A stretch of 64,000 nt of DNA from Dehalococcoidia bacterium (GCA_965203195.1 OZ241860.1:1986334-2050333), one strand, 5' to 3'; positions 17,734 through 27,841 are shown, numbered from the stretch's first letter. Notes: generated by a model not told the origin, from the letters alone. Made by a program: numbers and translations.

Positions 17734-18681
17734 ATGGGCGCCTACGCAGTGCGGCGGCTGGTGTGGCTGCCTTTTCTGCTGCTGATTGTGACTTTCGTCA
17801 CTTTCGCCCTGTTGCGCGCCGGGCCGGGCGACCCGGTGCAGGTGTGGCTGGGGCAGCATCAGAACGATGAAGTGCGGCAGCGGATCCGGGCGCGGCTGGG
17901 TCTGGACGACCCGCTGGCGGTCCAGTATCTGCGCTATGTGGAGGGCGTCGTTACGCGGCTGGACTTCGGGGAAAGCTTCCGCTACCGCAACACTTCGGTG
18001 CGGGAACTGCTGGCCAAGCGCATCCCCGTATCATTCCAGCTCAACCTGGCGGCAATCATCATTACGCTGGGGGTGGGCATTCCGGTAGGGCTGTTCGCCG
18101 CTCTGCGCCAGGGGACGGGTTGGGACAATGTAGTCGTCGCCATTGCCCTGGCCTTTCAGTCGCTGCCGGTGTTTATCACCGCGCCCGTGCTGCTGCTGGT
18201 GTTCGCCCTGTATCTGGACCTGCTGCCCACCGGCGGCTGGGGCGGCTTCTTTTCGCCCAAGATCGTAATGCCCGCCGTGGTGATGGGCGTGCCGGGCATT
18301 GCCATCGTAGTGCGACTGGTGCGGGCCAGCGTGCTGGATGTGCTGGGGCAGGATTACATCCGCACGGCGCGGGCCAAGGGTCTCAACGAGCGGGTTGTCC
18401 GCTACCGCCACATTCTGCGCAACGCGATGATTCCGGTAGTAACCAGCTTTGGCTTTACCATCGCCGGGCTGGCCGGCGGCACCTTTATCGTGGAAATCTA
18501 CTTCGGCATTCCGGGAGTCGGCCTGTTCGCCATCGAATCCCTGTTCCAGCGCGACTACCCGGTGCTGATGGCCTTCGCCATTATCACGACTACCCTGTTT
18601 ATGCTGGCCAACCTGGTGGTTGACCTGATGTATCCGCTGCTGGACCCGCGCATCCGGCTGGGGGCGGGCAATGCGGTCTGA
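17734..18681 (+). CDS. ABC transporter permease (DppB/OppB-like)
   Basis: N-terminus RRLVWLPFLLLIVTFVTFALLRAGPGDPV and the EAA-loop region YIRTARAKGLNERVVRYRHILRNA. Confidence 0.9.
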   Translation: MGAYAVRRLVWLPFLLLIVTFVTFALLRAGPGDPVQVWLGQHQNDEVRQRIRARLGLDDPLAVQYLRYVEGVVTRLDFGESFRYRNTSVRELLAKRIPVSFQLNLAAIIITLGVGIPVGLFAALRQGTGWDNVVVAIALAFQSLPVFITAPVLLLVFALYLDLLPTGGWGGFFSPKIVMPAVVMGVPGIAIVVRLVRASVLDVLGQDYIRTARAKGLNERVVRYRHILRNAMIPVVTSFGFTIAGLAGGTFIVEIYFGIPGVGLFAIESLFQRDYPVLMAFAIITTTLFMLANLVVDLMYPLLDPRIRLGAGNAV

Positions 18682-19687
18682 CGGAAACCGGGCGGGCGCC
18701 AACCGGGCGGATTTGGCGGCGCCGGCGGCGGCCGCCGCCGCGGCCGATGAGGTCATACCCGGGCGGCATTACAGCTACTGGGGCCTGTCCGTGCGCCGGC
18801 TGGCGCGCAAGAAGCTGGCCATGGTGTGCCTGTCGCTGATTGCGTTGATGTACGGCGGGGCGCTGCTGGCGCCGCTGATTACACCCTATGAATACACGGC
18901 GCAGGATTTGTCGCAGAGCCGGGCCGGGCCGTCGCTGGCGCATCCCTTCGGCGCCGACCGGCTGGGACGGGATATGCTGACGCGGGTCATCTACGGGCTG
19001 CGGACGACCGTCATCATCACCATAACCTCGCTGCTGGGCGGCACGCTGCTGCTGGGCCTGGCGCTGGGGCTGCTCAGCGGCTATATGGGACGCTGGGTGG
19101 ATTCGGTCATTATGCGGACGGGAGAAATCACCTCCTCGTTCCCCGACATTCTGCTCATACTGATTTTTGTGGCCGCCTTGAAACCCCGTTTGATTGACGC
19201 CGTGCGGCGGTTTGAGGACGCCAGCGGGCTGGACTGGATAATCCGGCTGGGGATTGTGGATTACGCCATCATCGCGGTGGCGCTGTCCATATTCGGGTGG
19301 TTCGGCATGGCGCGGCTGGTGCGCGGGCAAGTATTGCAGGCGCGGGAAAGCCAGTACACGGAGGCGGCGCTGGTTACCGGCGCTTCCACCGCCCGCATCC
19401 TGCGCGCCCATGTGCTGCCCAATATACTGAGCCCGCTGATTGTGTCCATATCGGCGGGACTGGCCGGCGTGGCGGGTTCGGAGCTGGTGTTGAGCTGGAT
19501 TGGCATCGGGGTGCAGCCGCCGGTGCCCAGCCTGGGGCGGATGATGTTTGAGAACGGCAGCATCCAGGTGCTGCGGAACGAGCCGCATCTGATACTCTTT
19601 CCCATCGGCACGGTGACGCTGCTGTTTTTCTGCTTCAACATCCTGGGGGATGCGGTGAACGACGCCTTCAACCCGCGGGCGCGGTGA
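18671..19687 (+). CDS. ABC transporter permease (DppC/OppC-like)
   Basis: Overlaps the upstream permease by 11 nt. Contains ...LGADRLGRDMLTRVIYG... and YTEAALVTGASTARILRAHVLPN. No ATPase genes follow. Confidence 0.9.
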   Translation: MRSDGNRAGANRADLAAPAAAAAAADEVIPGRHYSYWGLSVRRLARKKLAMVCLSLIALMYGGALLAPLITPYEYTAQDLSQSRAGPSLAHPFGADRLGRDMLTRVIYGLRTTVIITITSLLGGTLLLGLALGLLSGYMGRWVDSVIMRTGEITSSFPDILLILIFVAALKPRLIDAVRRFEDASGLDWIIRLGIVDYAIIAVALSIFGWFGMARLVRGQVLQARESQYTEAALVTGASTARILRAHVLPNILSPLIVSISAGLAGVAGSELVLSWIGIGVQPPVPSLGRMMFENGSIQVLRNEPHLILFPIGTVTLLFFCFNILGDAVNDAFNPRAR

Positions 19688-19834
19688 CGGCGCCGGCAAT
19701 GATTGAAAAGACTACCCATCCGGGCGTCCGTTTGACATATCCTGTATCCCATCCCTATACTGCCCCCGCGCCCATACCGGGCTGGCGGTCATATTCGCCG
19801 GGGCGGCGTCGGGAACGGGCCCATTTCCGCAGCG

Positions 19835-19900
19835 GCCGCATCCCGGATTCCGGCCGGCGCCGGAATGGCGGAAACCAACCCGGAATGAATGAAGGAAACC
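19835..19900. repeat. MITE/REP-like element, copy C (partial)
   Basis: Core gcatcccggattccggccggcgccggaatggcgg, followed by aaaccaacccgg...ggaaaccgg. Confidence 0.4.
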
Positions 19901-19974
19901 GGGCCGGGGCGATGATGAATCGTGAATCGCAAGTTGCCCCCACGCCCTGACCAGCGACCAGACCAGACCAGCTG

Positions 19975-21129
19975 ATGCCCCGAAAGAACATTGTCGTCGT
20001 CGGCGGCGGCGCCGGCAACCATACCACGCTTACCGGCCTGCGCGCCTGCGACTGCAACCTCACCGCTGTGGTGGCGATGACCGACAGCGGCGGCAGCAGC
20101 GGGCGTCTGCGCCAGGAGCTGGGGCATCTGCCGCCCGGCGACCTGCGCCGCTGCCTGATGGCGCTGGCCGGCGATGACGAATCCGCCAACCTGATGCGCC
20201 GCCTTTTTGACTACCGCTTCGCCGCCGGCAACGGCCTCAAAGACCACAGCTTCGGCAACCTGCTGCTGGCGGCGCTTACCGAAGTCACCGGCGACACTAT
20301 TACCGCCATCGCCGAGGCCGCCCGGATTTTGGGCATCGACGACACCCGCTCCGTGCTGCCCGTTACCCTCACCAAAGCCACCCTCTGCGCCCGGCTGGAG
20401 GACGGCGCCCGGCTGGTGGGCGAATCGGCCATTGACCTGCGCCGCGACAATCTTGATGTCGCCATCGACTATATTTACCTGGACCCCAAAGCCTACGCCT
20501 ATCCCCCCGTTCTGGAGGCCATTGCCCGCGCCGACGCCATTGTGCTGGGGCCGGGGGACATTTACACCAGCGTTCTGCCCAACCTGCTAGTTGAGGATGT
20601 GGCCCAGGCCATCAACGCCTCGGACGCCGTCAAGATTCATATTGTCAACCTGATGACCAAGCCCAACGAAAGCGCCGGCTTCCGCGCTTCCAACTTTCTG
20701 GCGCTGCTTACCGAATACCTGGGGACGGCCCAGCCGCTGGACTTTCTGCTGGTCAACGACGCGCCCTTCCCGCCGCGTCTGCTGGAGCGCTACGCCGCCG
20801 ACGGGCAGTATCCGGTGACGCTGGACGAGGCGGAATCGCTGACGATGGCCGGGCGGGTGGTGCGTCGTCCGCTGCTGGCGCCCGGCGTTTTTATCCGGCA
20901 TGACCCCCACGCGCTGGCCGCCGCCATAATGGCGCTGGGGGCCGGGCGGCCGGCGCCGCGCCGTCCGGTCGCGTTGCCCCCGCCGGTGATTGACTGCGAT
21001 GACTATGCCGGGAACGGCGTCCGGCCGGCGCCCGCCGGCGCCGCTGCCAATGCTAATGTCAATGCCAATGCCGGTGCCAATATCAATGCCGGCGCGAATG
21101 CCGGCGCCAATGCCGGCGGAGGAGATTAA
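19975..21129 (+). CDS. YvcK/CofD-family (UPF0052) protein with (Ala-Asn)n C-terminal tail
   Basis: N-terminus IVVVGGGAGNHTTLTGL...AVVAMTDSGGSSGRLR is the family signature. The tail NANVNANAGANINAGANAGANAGGGD is encoded by a hexamer repeat at about 21040-21120. Confidence 0.8.
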   Translation: MPRKNIVVVGGGAGNHTTLTGLRACDCNLTAVVAMTDSGGSSGRLRQELGHLPPGDLRRCLMALAGDDESANLMRRLFDYRFAAGNGLKDHSFGNLLLAALTEVTGDTITAIAEAARILGIDDTRSVLPVTLTKATLCARLEDGARLVGESAIDLRRDNLDVAIDYIYLDPKAYAYPPVLEAIARADAIVLGPGDIYTSVLPNLLVEDVAQAINASDAVKIHIVNLMTKPNESAGFRASNFLALLTEYLGTAQPLDFLLVNDAPFPPRLLERYAADGQYPVTLDEAESLTMAGRVVRRPLLAPGVFIRHDPHALAAAIMALGAGRPAPRRPVALPPPVIDCDDYAGNGVRPAPAGAAANANVNANAGANINAGANAGANAGGGD

Positions 21130-21135
21130 GTCGGT

Positions 21136-23022
21136 ATGTGCGGCATTGTCGGTTATGTGGGCGACCGTCCGGCGTGGCCCATCGTGGTGGAGGGGTTGCG
21201 GCGGCTGGAGTACCGGGGCTACGACAGCGCCGGCGTGGCCATCCTGGAGGCCGACGGCGGGATGCGCGTCCGCAAGACCGTGGGCCGGGTGGCCGGCCTG
21301 GTTGACGATGCCCCGCGCCCGGAGTCCCGGGGTTTCGCCGGCCTGGGCCACACCCGCTGGGCCACCCACGGACGGCCCTCGGAGGCCAACGCCCATCCCC
21401 ATACCGACTGCGCCGGCCGCATCGCCGTAGTCCACAACGGCATTGTGGAAAACTACCTGGAACTGAAAGCCGACTTGCAGCGGCGCGGCCATCGCTTTGT
21501 TTCCGAAACCGACACGGAAGTGATTTCCCATCTCATTGAGGAGGGTCTCAACGCCGGCCAGACCCTGCCCCAGGCGGCGCTGGGGATGGCGGAACGGGTG
21601 CGCGGCGCCCAGGCCGTGGTGGCGATGCGGAAAGACGGCGACCAGAGCATCTGCGCCCTGCGGATTGGCAACGCCGGCGGCGGCGTAACGGTAGCCTACC
21701 AGGACGGGCAGGGCATTGTGTCCAGTGATTTGCCCGCCCTGCTGCCGCTGATTGGCGAGGGCGCGGGCAGCGGCCGGCCGCTGCCCGTGGGCTTTCTGGA
21801 GGACGGAGAGGTGGCCGTAATTACCCGGCAGGGCGTTAATTTTCTGGACCGCGCCGGCCGGCCTCTGGACAAGCCCCTGCGTCCGGTTACCCTTGAGGAT
21901 GTGCTGGTGGACCGGGGCGGCTACCGCCATTTTATGCTCAAGGAGATAATGGAGCAGCCCCAGGCGGTGGTTTCTGCCCTGCGGGACCGGGTTGATTTCG
22001 CCGCCGGCCGGGTAACGCTGCCCGACCTGGCCCTGTCCGATGCCGAGCTGCGGCGAATCCGCCGGGTGGCGCTCATCGGGTGCGGCACCAGCCTGCACGC
22101 GGCGCAGGTGGGGCGGCATTTGATCGAAACGCTGGCGGGCGTGCTGGCCGAAGCGGAATCGGCGTCCGAGTTCCGCTACCGGGAACCGTTCCTGGACGAC
22201 AGGACGCTGGTGGTCGCCGTGGGCCAGTCGGGGGAGACGGCCGACACCATTGCCGCCATGGCCGCGGCGCGGCGCAGCGATGCCCGGCTGATTGCCGTCT
22301 GCAACGCCGCCGGCAGCCAGGCCGCCCGGCTGGCCGACCATACCCTGCTGATGCGCTCCGGCGTGGAAATCGGAGTCGCCAGCAGCAAGACTTTTTTGGC
22401 CTCTCTGACCATCCTCAACCTGTTGGCGATGCGGATGGGGGCGGCGCGCCGGGGGAACGACGCTGCCGGCGGCTCCGGCGGCGCCCGGCAGTGGGTGGAC
22501 GGGCTGGCGCGGCTGCCCGGCCAGCTCGCCGCTGCCCTGGAGCAGTCGGACGCCATTGCCGGCATTGCCCGCCGCTACTACACCCGCCGCAACTTTCTGT
22601 ACCTGGCGAGGGGCGTCAATGCGCCCATCGCCGCCGAGGGCGCCCTGAAGCTCAAGGAAATCAGCTACATCCACGCCGAAGCGTACCCCGCCGGGGAGAT
22701 GAAACACGGCCCCATTGCCCTGATTGACCGCAAGATGCCTACTCTCGCCATTGCCCCGGCGGACGCTCTTTATGACAAGATGGTGAACAGCGTGCAGGAA
22801 GTCAAAGCCCGCGACGGCGCTGTCATCGCGGTGGTCACCGCCGGCGACGCCGGGCTGTCGGCCATTGCCGATGACGCCATACCGATTCCAGAGGCGCCCC
22901 GGCACCTGACGCCCATTCTGGCTACGGTGCCGCTACAGCTGCTGGCCTACCAGATCGCCTTGCGGCGGGGCTGCGATGTGGACAAACCCCGCAACCTGGC
23001 CAAATCCGTTACCGTAGAATAA
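21136..23022 (+). CDS. glmS: glutamine--fructose-6-phosphate aminotransferase
   Basis: MCGIVGYVG N-terminal nucleophile, two SIS domains, C-terminal ...DVDKPRNLAKSVTVE. GGAGGAG lies upstream. Confidence 0.95.
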   Translation: MCGIVGYVGDRPAWPIVVEGLRRLEYRGYDSAGVAILEADGGMRVRKTVGRVAGLVDDAPRPESRGFAGLGHTRWATHGRPSEANAHPHTDCAGRIAVVHNGIVENYLELKADLQRRGHRFVSETDTEVISHLIEEGLNAGQTLPQAALGMAERVRGAQAVVAMRKDGDQSICALRIGNAGGGVTVAYQDGQGIVSSDLPALLPLIGEGAGSGRPLPVGFLEDGEVAVITRQGVNFLDRAGRPLDKPLRPVTLEDVLVDRGGYRHFMLKEIMEQPQAVVSALRDRVDFAAGRVTLPDLALSDAELRRIRRVALIGCGTSLHAAQVGRHLIETLAGVLAEAESASEFRYREPFLDDRTLVVAVGQSGETADTIAAMAAARRSDARLIAVCNAAGSQAARLADHTLLMRSGVEIGVASSKTFLASLTILNLLAMRMGAARRGNDAAGGSGGARQWVDGLARLPGQLAAALEQSDAIAGIARRYYTRRNFLYLARGVNAPIAAEGALKLKEISYIHAEAYPAGEMKHGPIALIDRKMPTLAIAPADALYDKMVNSVQEVKARDGAVIAVVTAGDAGLSAIADDAIPIPEAPRHLTPILATVPLQLLAYQIALRRGCDVDKPRNLAKSVTVE

Positions 23023-23137
23023 TCCGCCGGTAGAATAAGCATCGCCCGGACGCAATGCCGACCGGCGCCCGTTCCGGTTTGCCACCGGGCATCGCCATTG
23101 CCGTTGCCATTGACGCCCATTCAGTGCGGGAAACGCT

Positions 23138-24052
23138 ATGACTACTCCCAATGTCGCTACTACCACCGCTCCCCCAACCCGGCCGGCGGATGCGCCGGCT
23201 CTCGCCTCAACCCTGGACCAGTTCCCCGACTTTCCGCCGCGTACCGATATGATGAACACAACGCACCTCCACGACTACGGGAACCAGCCCACGCTGCGCC
23301 TGCATCTGGGCAACCCGGAGACCACCGTAGTACTTGGCGAGGTTCCACTTTACTGGCAGGTTACCCGGCGGCGCGCCGAAGTCCGCATCCCGGATCTGCT
23401 CATCGCCTTTGACATCCGGCGCGCCCGGGTCATTGCCCAGAAGGGGTACTCCATTCGCGACCAGGGCAAGCCGCCCGAATTCGTGCTGGAGGTGGCGTCG
23501 GACACCACGGCGCGCAACGACCAGCTGGACAAGTGGGTTGACTACGCCGCCTTCGGGGTGCTGGAGTACTGGCTTTTTGACCCGGACTGGGGCTTGCGCT
23601 ACCCCAGCGGGCTGATCGGCTGGCGACTGGTGAACGGACGCTTTGTGCGCATCATCGTCCACGAATATGCGCCGGGTATGTATTTTGCCTGGAGCGCGGT
23701 TCTGGGGCTGTATGTCTGCTGGGAATTCGGCCGGCTGCGCTGGTACGACCCGCTGAAGGGATACTTGCGCACCCACGATGAGGAGCGGAGCAGCCGCATC
23801 GCCGCCGTGGCGCAGCGTAACGAGGAGCGGAGCAGCCGCATCGCCGCGGAGGCGCAGCGGAATGAGGAGCGGAGCAGCCGCATCGCCGCCGAAGTGCAGC
23901 GCGACGAGGAGCGGGACAGCCGCATCGCCGCCGAAGCGCAGCGCGACGAGGAGCGCAACAGCCGTATCGCCGCCGAGGCGGAACTCCAGCGCCTGCGCGC
24001 CGCAATGGCCCGCCGGCAAGCCGGGGCCGCCGGCAACGGCGACGCGGCATAG
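23138..24052 (+). CDS. Uma2-family (DUF820) PD-(D/E)XK endonuclease with C-terminal 14-aa tandem repeats
   Basis: Core ...RIPDLLIAF...PPEFVLEVASDTT...YAAFGVLEYWLFDP. The tail is (EERSSRIAAEAQRN) x about 5. Confidence 0.75.
   Translation: MTTPNVATTTAPPTRPADAPALASTLDQFPDFPPRTDMMNTTHLHDYGNQPTLRLHLGNPETTVVLGEVPLYWQVTRRRAEVRIPDLLIAFDIRRARVIAQKGYSIRDQGKPPEFVLEVASDTTARNDQLDKWVDYAAFGVLEYWLFDPDWGLRYPSGLIGWRLVNGRFVRIIVHEYAPGMYFAWSAVLGLYVCWEFGRLRWYDPLKGYLRTHDEERSSRIAAVAQRNEERSSRIAAEAQRNEERSSRIAAEVQRDEERDSRIAAEAQRDEERNSRIAAEAELQRLRAAMARRQAGAAGNGDAA
23780..23980. repeat. 42-bp tandem repeat, about 4.8 units (in-frame)
   Basis: The unit gaggagcggagcagccgcatcgccgccgtggcgcagcgtaac is repeated with point differences. 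Confidence 0.85.
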
Positions 24053-24093
24053 CCGGCAGCGCGCATTCCGTATGGCGCTGAAACTGCGTTCCC

Positions 24094-24960
24094 TTGTCGC
24101 CGGCATACCTGACTGCCCTGCTTTTCGCCGTGGTGCAGGGCGCCACCGAATTCCTGCCCGTATCCAGCAGCGGACATCTGCTGCTGCTGGCCATCCTTGT
24201 GGGGGCCGGCGGCGGCGAACCCTTTTTTACGGTGGCCATGCTGCATTCGGCTACGGCGCTGGCCGCCGTTATCTACTACCGCCGCGCCTGCGGGCAGGCG
24301 GCGCGGGGGTTATGGCGGGCGGGGCCGGCGCGCCGGTTTCTGTGGCGCTACGCCCTGGCCCAGGCCGCCACGGCCGCCGTGGCGCTGCCGCTGTTTTTCA
24401 TCCTGACCCGCACGCCGGCGGCGCAATGGCGGCTGTCGCTGTGGGCAATCGGCGTAGCAATGCTGGTCAACGCCCTCGTTCTGCTGCTCGCCCCGCGCGG
24501 GGGCGATGACTCCGGCGATGGCTCCGGCGGCGGCGCGCCGGCGGCGGGCCACGGGCTGCCCGGGCCGGGCTGGCGCGCGGCGCTGTGGGTGGGGCTGGCG
24601 CAGGGCATCGCCGTGCTGCCCGGCCTTTCCCGCGCCGGCCTTACCGTGGCGGTTGGACGGCGCGCCGGACTTGACGGCGCTGCGGCGGCCGGTTTCTCCT
24701 TTCTGCTGGCGCCGCCGGTCATCCTGGCGGCCGCCGCGCTCTGGACGATACAAACCTGGCCGGAGCCGAAAAGCGGGCTGGCGGACGGGCAGTCGGCCAG
24801 CGTGGCGCTGGCAATGGGCGCGGTTACCTTCGTCATCGCGCTGGGCGCCATTCACTGGACGGCGTCGTGGGCGCGCGCCGGGCGGCTGTGGTGGTTTGCG
24901 CCGTGGAATGCGGCGTTGGGCGCCGGGGCGCTGGCCGTGGCCGCCGCGGGCGCTATTTAA
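24094..24960 (+). CDS. uppP: undecaprenyl-diphosphate phosphatase
   Basis: N-terminus LLFAVVQGATEFLPVSSSGHLLL and later GLAQGIAVLPGLSRAGLT, the BacA/UppP signatures. TTG start. Confidence 0.85.
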   Translation: MSPAYLTALLFAVVQGATEFLPVSSSGHLLLLAILVGAGGGEPFFTVAMLHSATALAAVIYYRRACGQAARGLWRAGPARRFLWRYALAQAATAAVALPLFFILTRTPAAQWRLSLWAIGVAMLVNALVLLLAPRGGDDSGDGSGGGAPAAGHGLPGPGWRAALWVGLAQGIAVLPGLSRAGLTVAVGRRAGLDGAAAAGFSFLLAPPVILAAAALWTIQTWPEPKSGLADGQSASVALAMGAVTFVIALGAIHWTASWARAGRLWWFAPWNAALGAGALAVAAAGAI

Positions 24961-25046
24961 GGCTGAAACGGCGTCGCCGGCGCCGGTGCGGGCGATTGCC
25001 GCAGCCGCTATAGTAGGCGCCGGCCACGCTGTTCTGCCGCTGCCCC

Positions 25047-25121
25047 GGCTTTACCGCCGCTTACGCGACTTTACTGGTTGCCAGACTTTACTCTTGACCA
25101 GACTTTACTCTTGACCAGACC
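25047..25121 (+). promoter_or_regulatory. 17-bp direct repeats (gactttactSttgMcca, 3 full units plus degenerate flanks) upstream of the glycosyltransferase gene
   Basis: Units at 25067-25083, 25084-25100 and 25101-25117. They end 10 nt before GGAGG (25128-25132) and the TTG at 25141. Confidence 0.4.
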
Positions 25122-25140
25122 GCGATCGGAGGCAACCGGG

Positions 25141-26430
25141 TTGATTGATCTTATTGAGTATCCCCAGATCGATGCCGGCCGTTACCTTGACCTGCTGCCG
25201 CCGGAAACGGCCGGCAGCCTGGCGGAGCTGGCCGAGGGGTTCCGCGACCGGAGCGTCATCCACATCAACAGCACGGCCTACGGCGGCGGCGTGGCGGAAA
25301 TCCTCCATTCGCTGGTGCCGTTGAGCAACGCCCTGGGCGTGAACACCAGGCGCGCCGTGATTACGCCGCCGGACGCCCGGTTTTTCGCCGTCACCAAGCG
25401 CATCCACAATATGCTGCAAGGCGCGCCCGGCGAACTTTCCGATGACGAGCTCGCCATATACTATGGCTGTCTGGACGATGTGGCCGGTGCCGTTAAGCGC
25501 AGCGGGCTGGAGGCGGACATCTGGTTTCTGCATGACCCGCAGCTGCTGCCGCTGGGCCGTCTGCTGAATGGCGCCGCCCGGACCCGCATCTGGATTGTCC
25601 ACATTGACCTGACCCGGCCCAACCCCGGGCTGCTGGACGAACTGCTGCCGCTGACCGCCGCCTACGATACGCTGGTCTGTTCACTGGACGATTACATTCC
25701 GGCCCGGCTGCCGGCCGGTTTGCCGGCGCGCACGGCCCCGCCGGCCATTGACCCGCTGACCGCCAAGAATGCGGTTATGCCCCCGGAGCGCGCCGCTCAA
25801 ATCGTGGCCGCCCTGGGCATTGACCCGGCCCGCCGCCTGGCCACGCAGGTATCCCGCTTTGATGTGTGGAAAGACCCCTGGGGCGTTATTGACGCCTACC
25901 GGATGGCGCGGCGGACGCACCCCGGCTTGCAGCTGGCGCTGCTGGGTTTGAGCCAGGCCAACGATGACCCGGAAGGCGCGCAGGTGGCGGCGTCCGTGCG
26001 CGACTACGCCGCCGGCGATGCCGACATTCATCTGTTCTTTGCGCCGGAGGGCCTGCCGGCGGGCAACGATGAAATCGTCAACGCCCTGCAAACCCATTCC
26101 GATGCGCTGTTGCAAAAGTCAACCCGCGAGGGATTCGGGCTTACCGTTGCCGAAGGGATGTGGAAGGGCAAGCCCATGGTGGGCGGCAATGTGGGCGGCA
26201 TCCGCTTGCAGATTGAGGACGGGCGGTCGGGCTACCTGGTCAATTCGGCGGCGGAAGCCGGGGAACGCATTGCCCGGCTGCTTGCCCAACCGGATTTGCG
26301 CGCTGAAATCGGACGCAACGCCAAAGAGCGGGTGCGGCAGCGTTTCCTGATGCCGCGCCTGCTGCGCGACTATCTGAAGGCGGCGCAATGCGCCCGGCGC
26401 CGGGGCCGTTCCCGCAACGGAACGCATTAA
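25141..26430 (+). CDS. GT4-family glycosyltransferase, trehalose-synthase (TreT)-like
   Basis: ...VIHINSTAYGGGVAEILHSLVPLSNALGV... and C-terminal ...STREGFGLTVAEGMWKGKPMVGGNVGGI.... Start placed at in-frame TTG 25141, 8 nt after GGAGG. The track start 25078 would translate the direct repeats. Confidence 0.7.
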   Translation: MIDLIEYPQIDAGRYLDLLPPETAGSLAELAEGFRDRSVIHINSTAYGGGVAEILHSLVPLSNALGVNTRRAVITPPDARFFAVTKRIHNMLQGAPGELSDDELAIYYGCLDDVAGAVKRSGLEADIWFLHDPQLLPLGRLLNGAARTRIWIVHIDLTRPNPGLLDELLPLTAAYDTLVCSLDDYIPARLPAGLPARTAPPAIDPLTAKNAVMPPERAAQIVAALGIDPARRLATQVSRFDVWKDPWGVIDAYRMARRTHPGLQLALLGLSQANDDPEGAQVAASVRDYAAGDADIHLFFAPEGLPAGNDEIVNALQTHSDALLQKSTREGFGLTVAEGMWKGKPMVGGNVGGIRLQIEDGRSGYLVNSAAEAGERIARLLAQPDLRAEIGRNAKERVRQRFLMPRLLRDYLKAAQCARRRGRSRNGTH

Positions 26431-26659
26431 TATGCCCGTTGCCGTACTGCCCGTTGCCGGGACGAAATACGGCGGCATTCCGTATTTGGGCCAGGGGCGG
26501 GGCGATGCCGGCACAGGTCGCATTGCGCCGCTATAATGACGGGAAGGCAACGAGGGCAGAAACGCGACAGGACGCCCGCCCGTCCGCCAACGCCAATGCC
26601 GAAGCCAGCCGCCGCCGAGCCGCCGCCCGCCGGCGGGTTCCGACAGGGGGACAGCCAAA

Positions 26660-27763
26660 ATGCCGCGCGCCACCATACTGGTAATGATTGACGGGCTGGA
26701 CCCGGAATACCTGGCTGCCTGCCCGGCGCCCAACCTGCGGCGGTTCGCCGAGCAGGGCTTCCGGGCCCACGGCGGCGGGATGATGCCCAGCGTCACCAAT
26801 GTGAACAACGCCTCAATGGTCACCGGCCACTACCCGGCCCAGCACGGCATCGTCTCCAACTACTGGCGCGACCGGCAGGCGGGAATTGAGCAGTATGTGG
26901 AATCGGGCGAGTTCATCTGCTCCGACACCATCTTTGCCCAGTGCCGGCGGCGGGGCGGAAGGTCGCTGCTGGCGGCGTCCAAAGACAAGCTGCGGCGTCT
27001 GCTGGGCGACGATGCCCACTTGGCTTTTTCCGCGGAACAGCCCACGTCGGCGGCCGTTGCCGACGCCGGCGACCCGCCGCATATCTACTCGCTGGAAGTC
27101 AACGGCTGGACGATCGACGCCGCCCGCGCCGCCCTGCAACGGGAGCATTACGACCTGGCGTTTATCGCCACCACCGATTACGCCATGCATACCTACGGGC
27201 CGCAGCATCCCGAATCGGCGCGCCACCTCGCCATCCTGGACGCCGCCCTGGGGCGGCTGGTGGACGACCTGCCCGATGTGCAGATTCTGATTACCGCCGA
27301 CCACGGTATGTCGGACAAGCGCCGTATGCTGCATCTGCCGGCCATCCTGGCGGAGCATGGCATCGGCGCCCAGGCGGTTCCCGTCATCAAAGACCGCTAT
27401 GTGGCGCATCATTACAACCTGGGCGGCTGCATTTATGTGCATCTGGACGACCCGGCGGCGGTTGACGACGCCCTGGGCGCGCTGCGGGCCGCCGACGGCG
27501 TTGAGGAGGCGATGCCGCGCGGGGAGGCCGCCGCCCGTATGTCGCTGATGGGCGCGCGGCTGGGCGACATTCTGGTCACCGGCGCGGCGGATGTGGTGTT
27601 CGGCGACCCGACGGAAGTCACCCTGCCCCCCGGCCTGCGTTCCCACGGCTCCCGTCACGAGACGCAGGTGCCCATCATCGGCTACGGCGGCGATTTCGGG
27701 GGCTTTGCGTTCCGCGAAAACCGCGACCTGGGACGCTATGTCAGCCAGCGGGTGTTCGCCTAG
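26660..27763 (+). CDS. alkaline-phosphatase-superfamily enzyme (nucleotide pyrophosphatase / phosphonoacetate hydrolase-like)
   Basis: ILVMIDGLDPEYL (metal-ligand Asp) and MPSVTNVNNASMVTGHYPAQHGI (nucleophile Thr motif), later ITADHGM. Confidence 0.75.
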   Translation: MPRATILVMIDGLDPEYLAACPAPNLRRFAEQGFRAHGGGMMPSVTNVNNASMVTGHYPAQHGIVSNYWRDRQAGIEQYVESGEFICSDTIFAQCRRRGGRSLLAASKDKLRRLLGDDAHLAFSAEQPTSAAVADAGDPPHIYSLEVNGWTIDAARAALQREHYDLAFIATTDYAMHTYGPQHPESARHLAILDAALGRLVDDLPDVQILITADHGMSDKRRMLHLPAILAEHGIGAQAVPVIKDRYVAHHYNLGGCIYVHLDDPAAVDDALGALRAADGVEEAMPRGEAAARMSLMGARLGDILVTGAADVVFGDPTEVTLPPGLRSHGSRHETQVPIIGYGGDFGGFAFRENRDLGRYVSQRVFA

Positions 27764-27841
27764 GGCGCACTGTCCCTTCACTATACTGCCGGGCCACGCT
27801 ACTGGCTCTTGCTTCCCCCAACCTCTGCGGTGAAAATCATT

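Noticed and set aside
21100-21136. glmS ribozyme upstream of glmS
   Set aside because: Only 6 nt separate the yvcK-like stop from the glmS ATG, which leaves no room for a ribozyme.
20587-22905. 772-aa minus-strand ORF
   Set aside because: It is antisense to glmS and the yvcK-like gene, both unambiguous. The product is low-complexity Gly/Arg/Ala/Pro.
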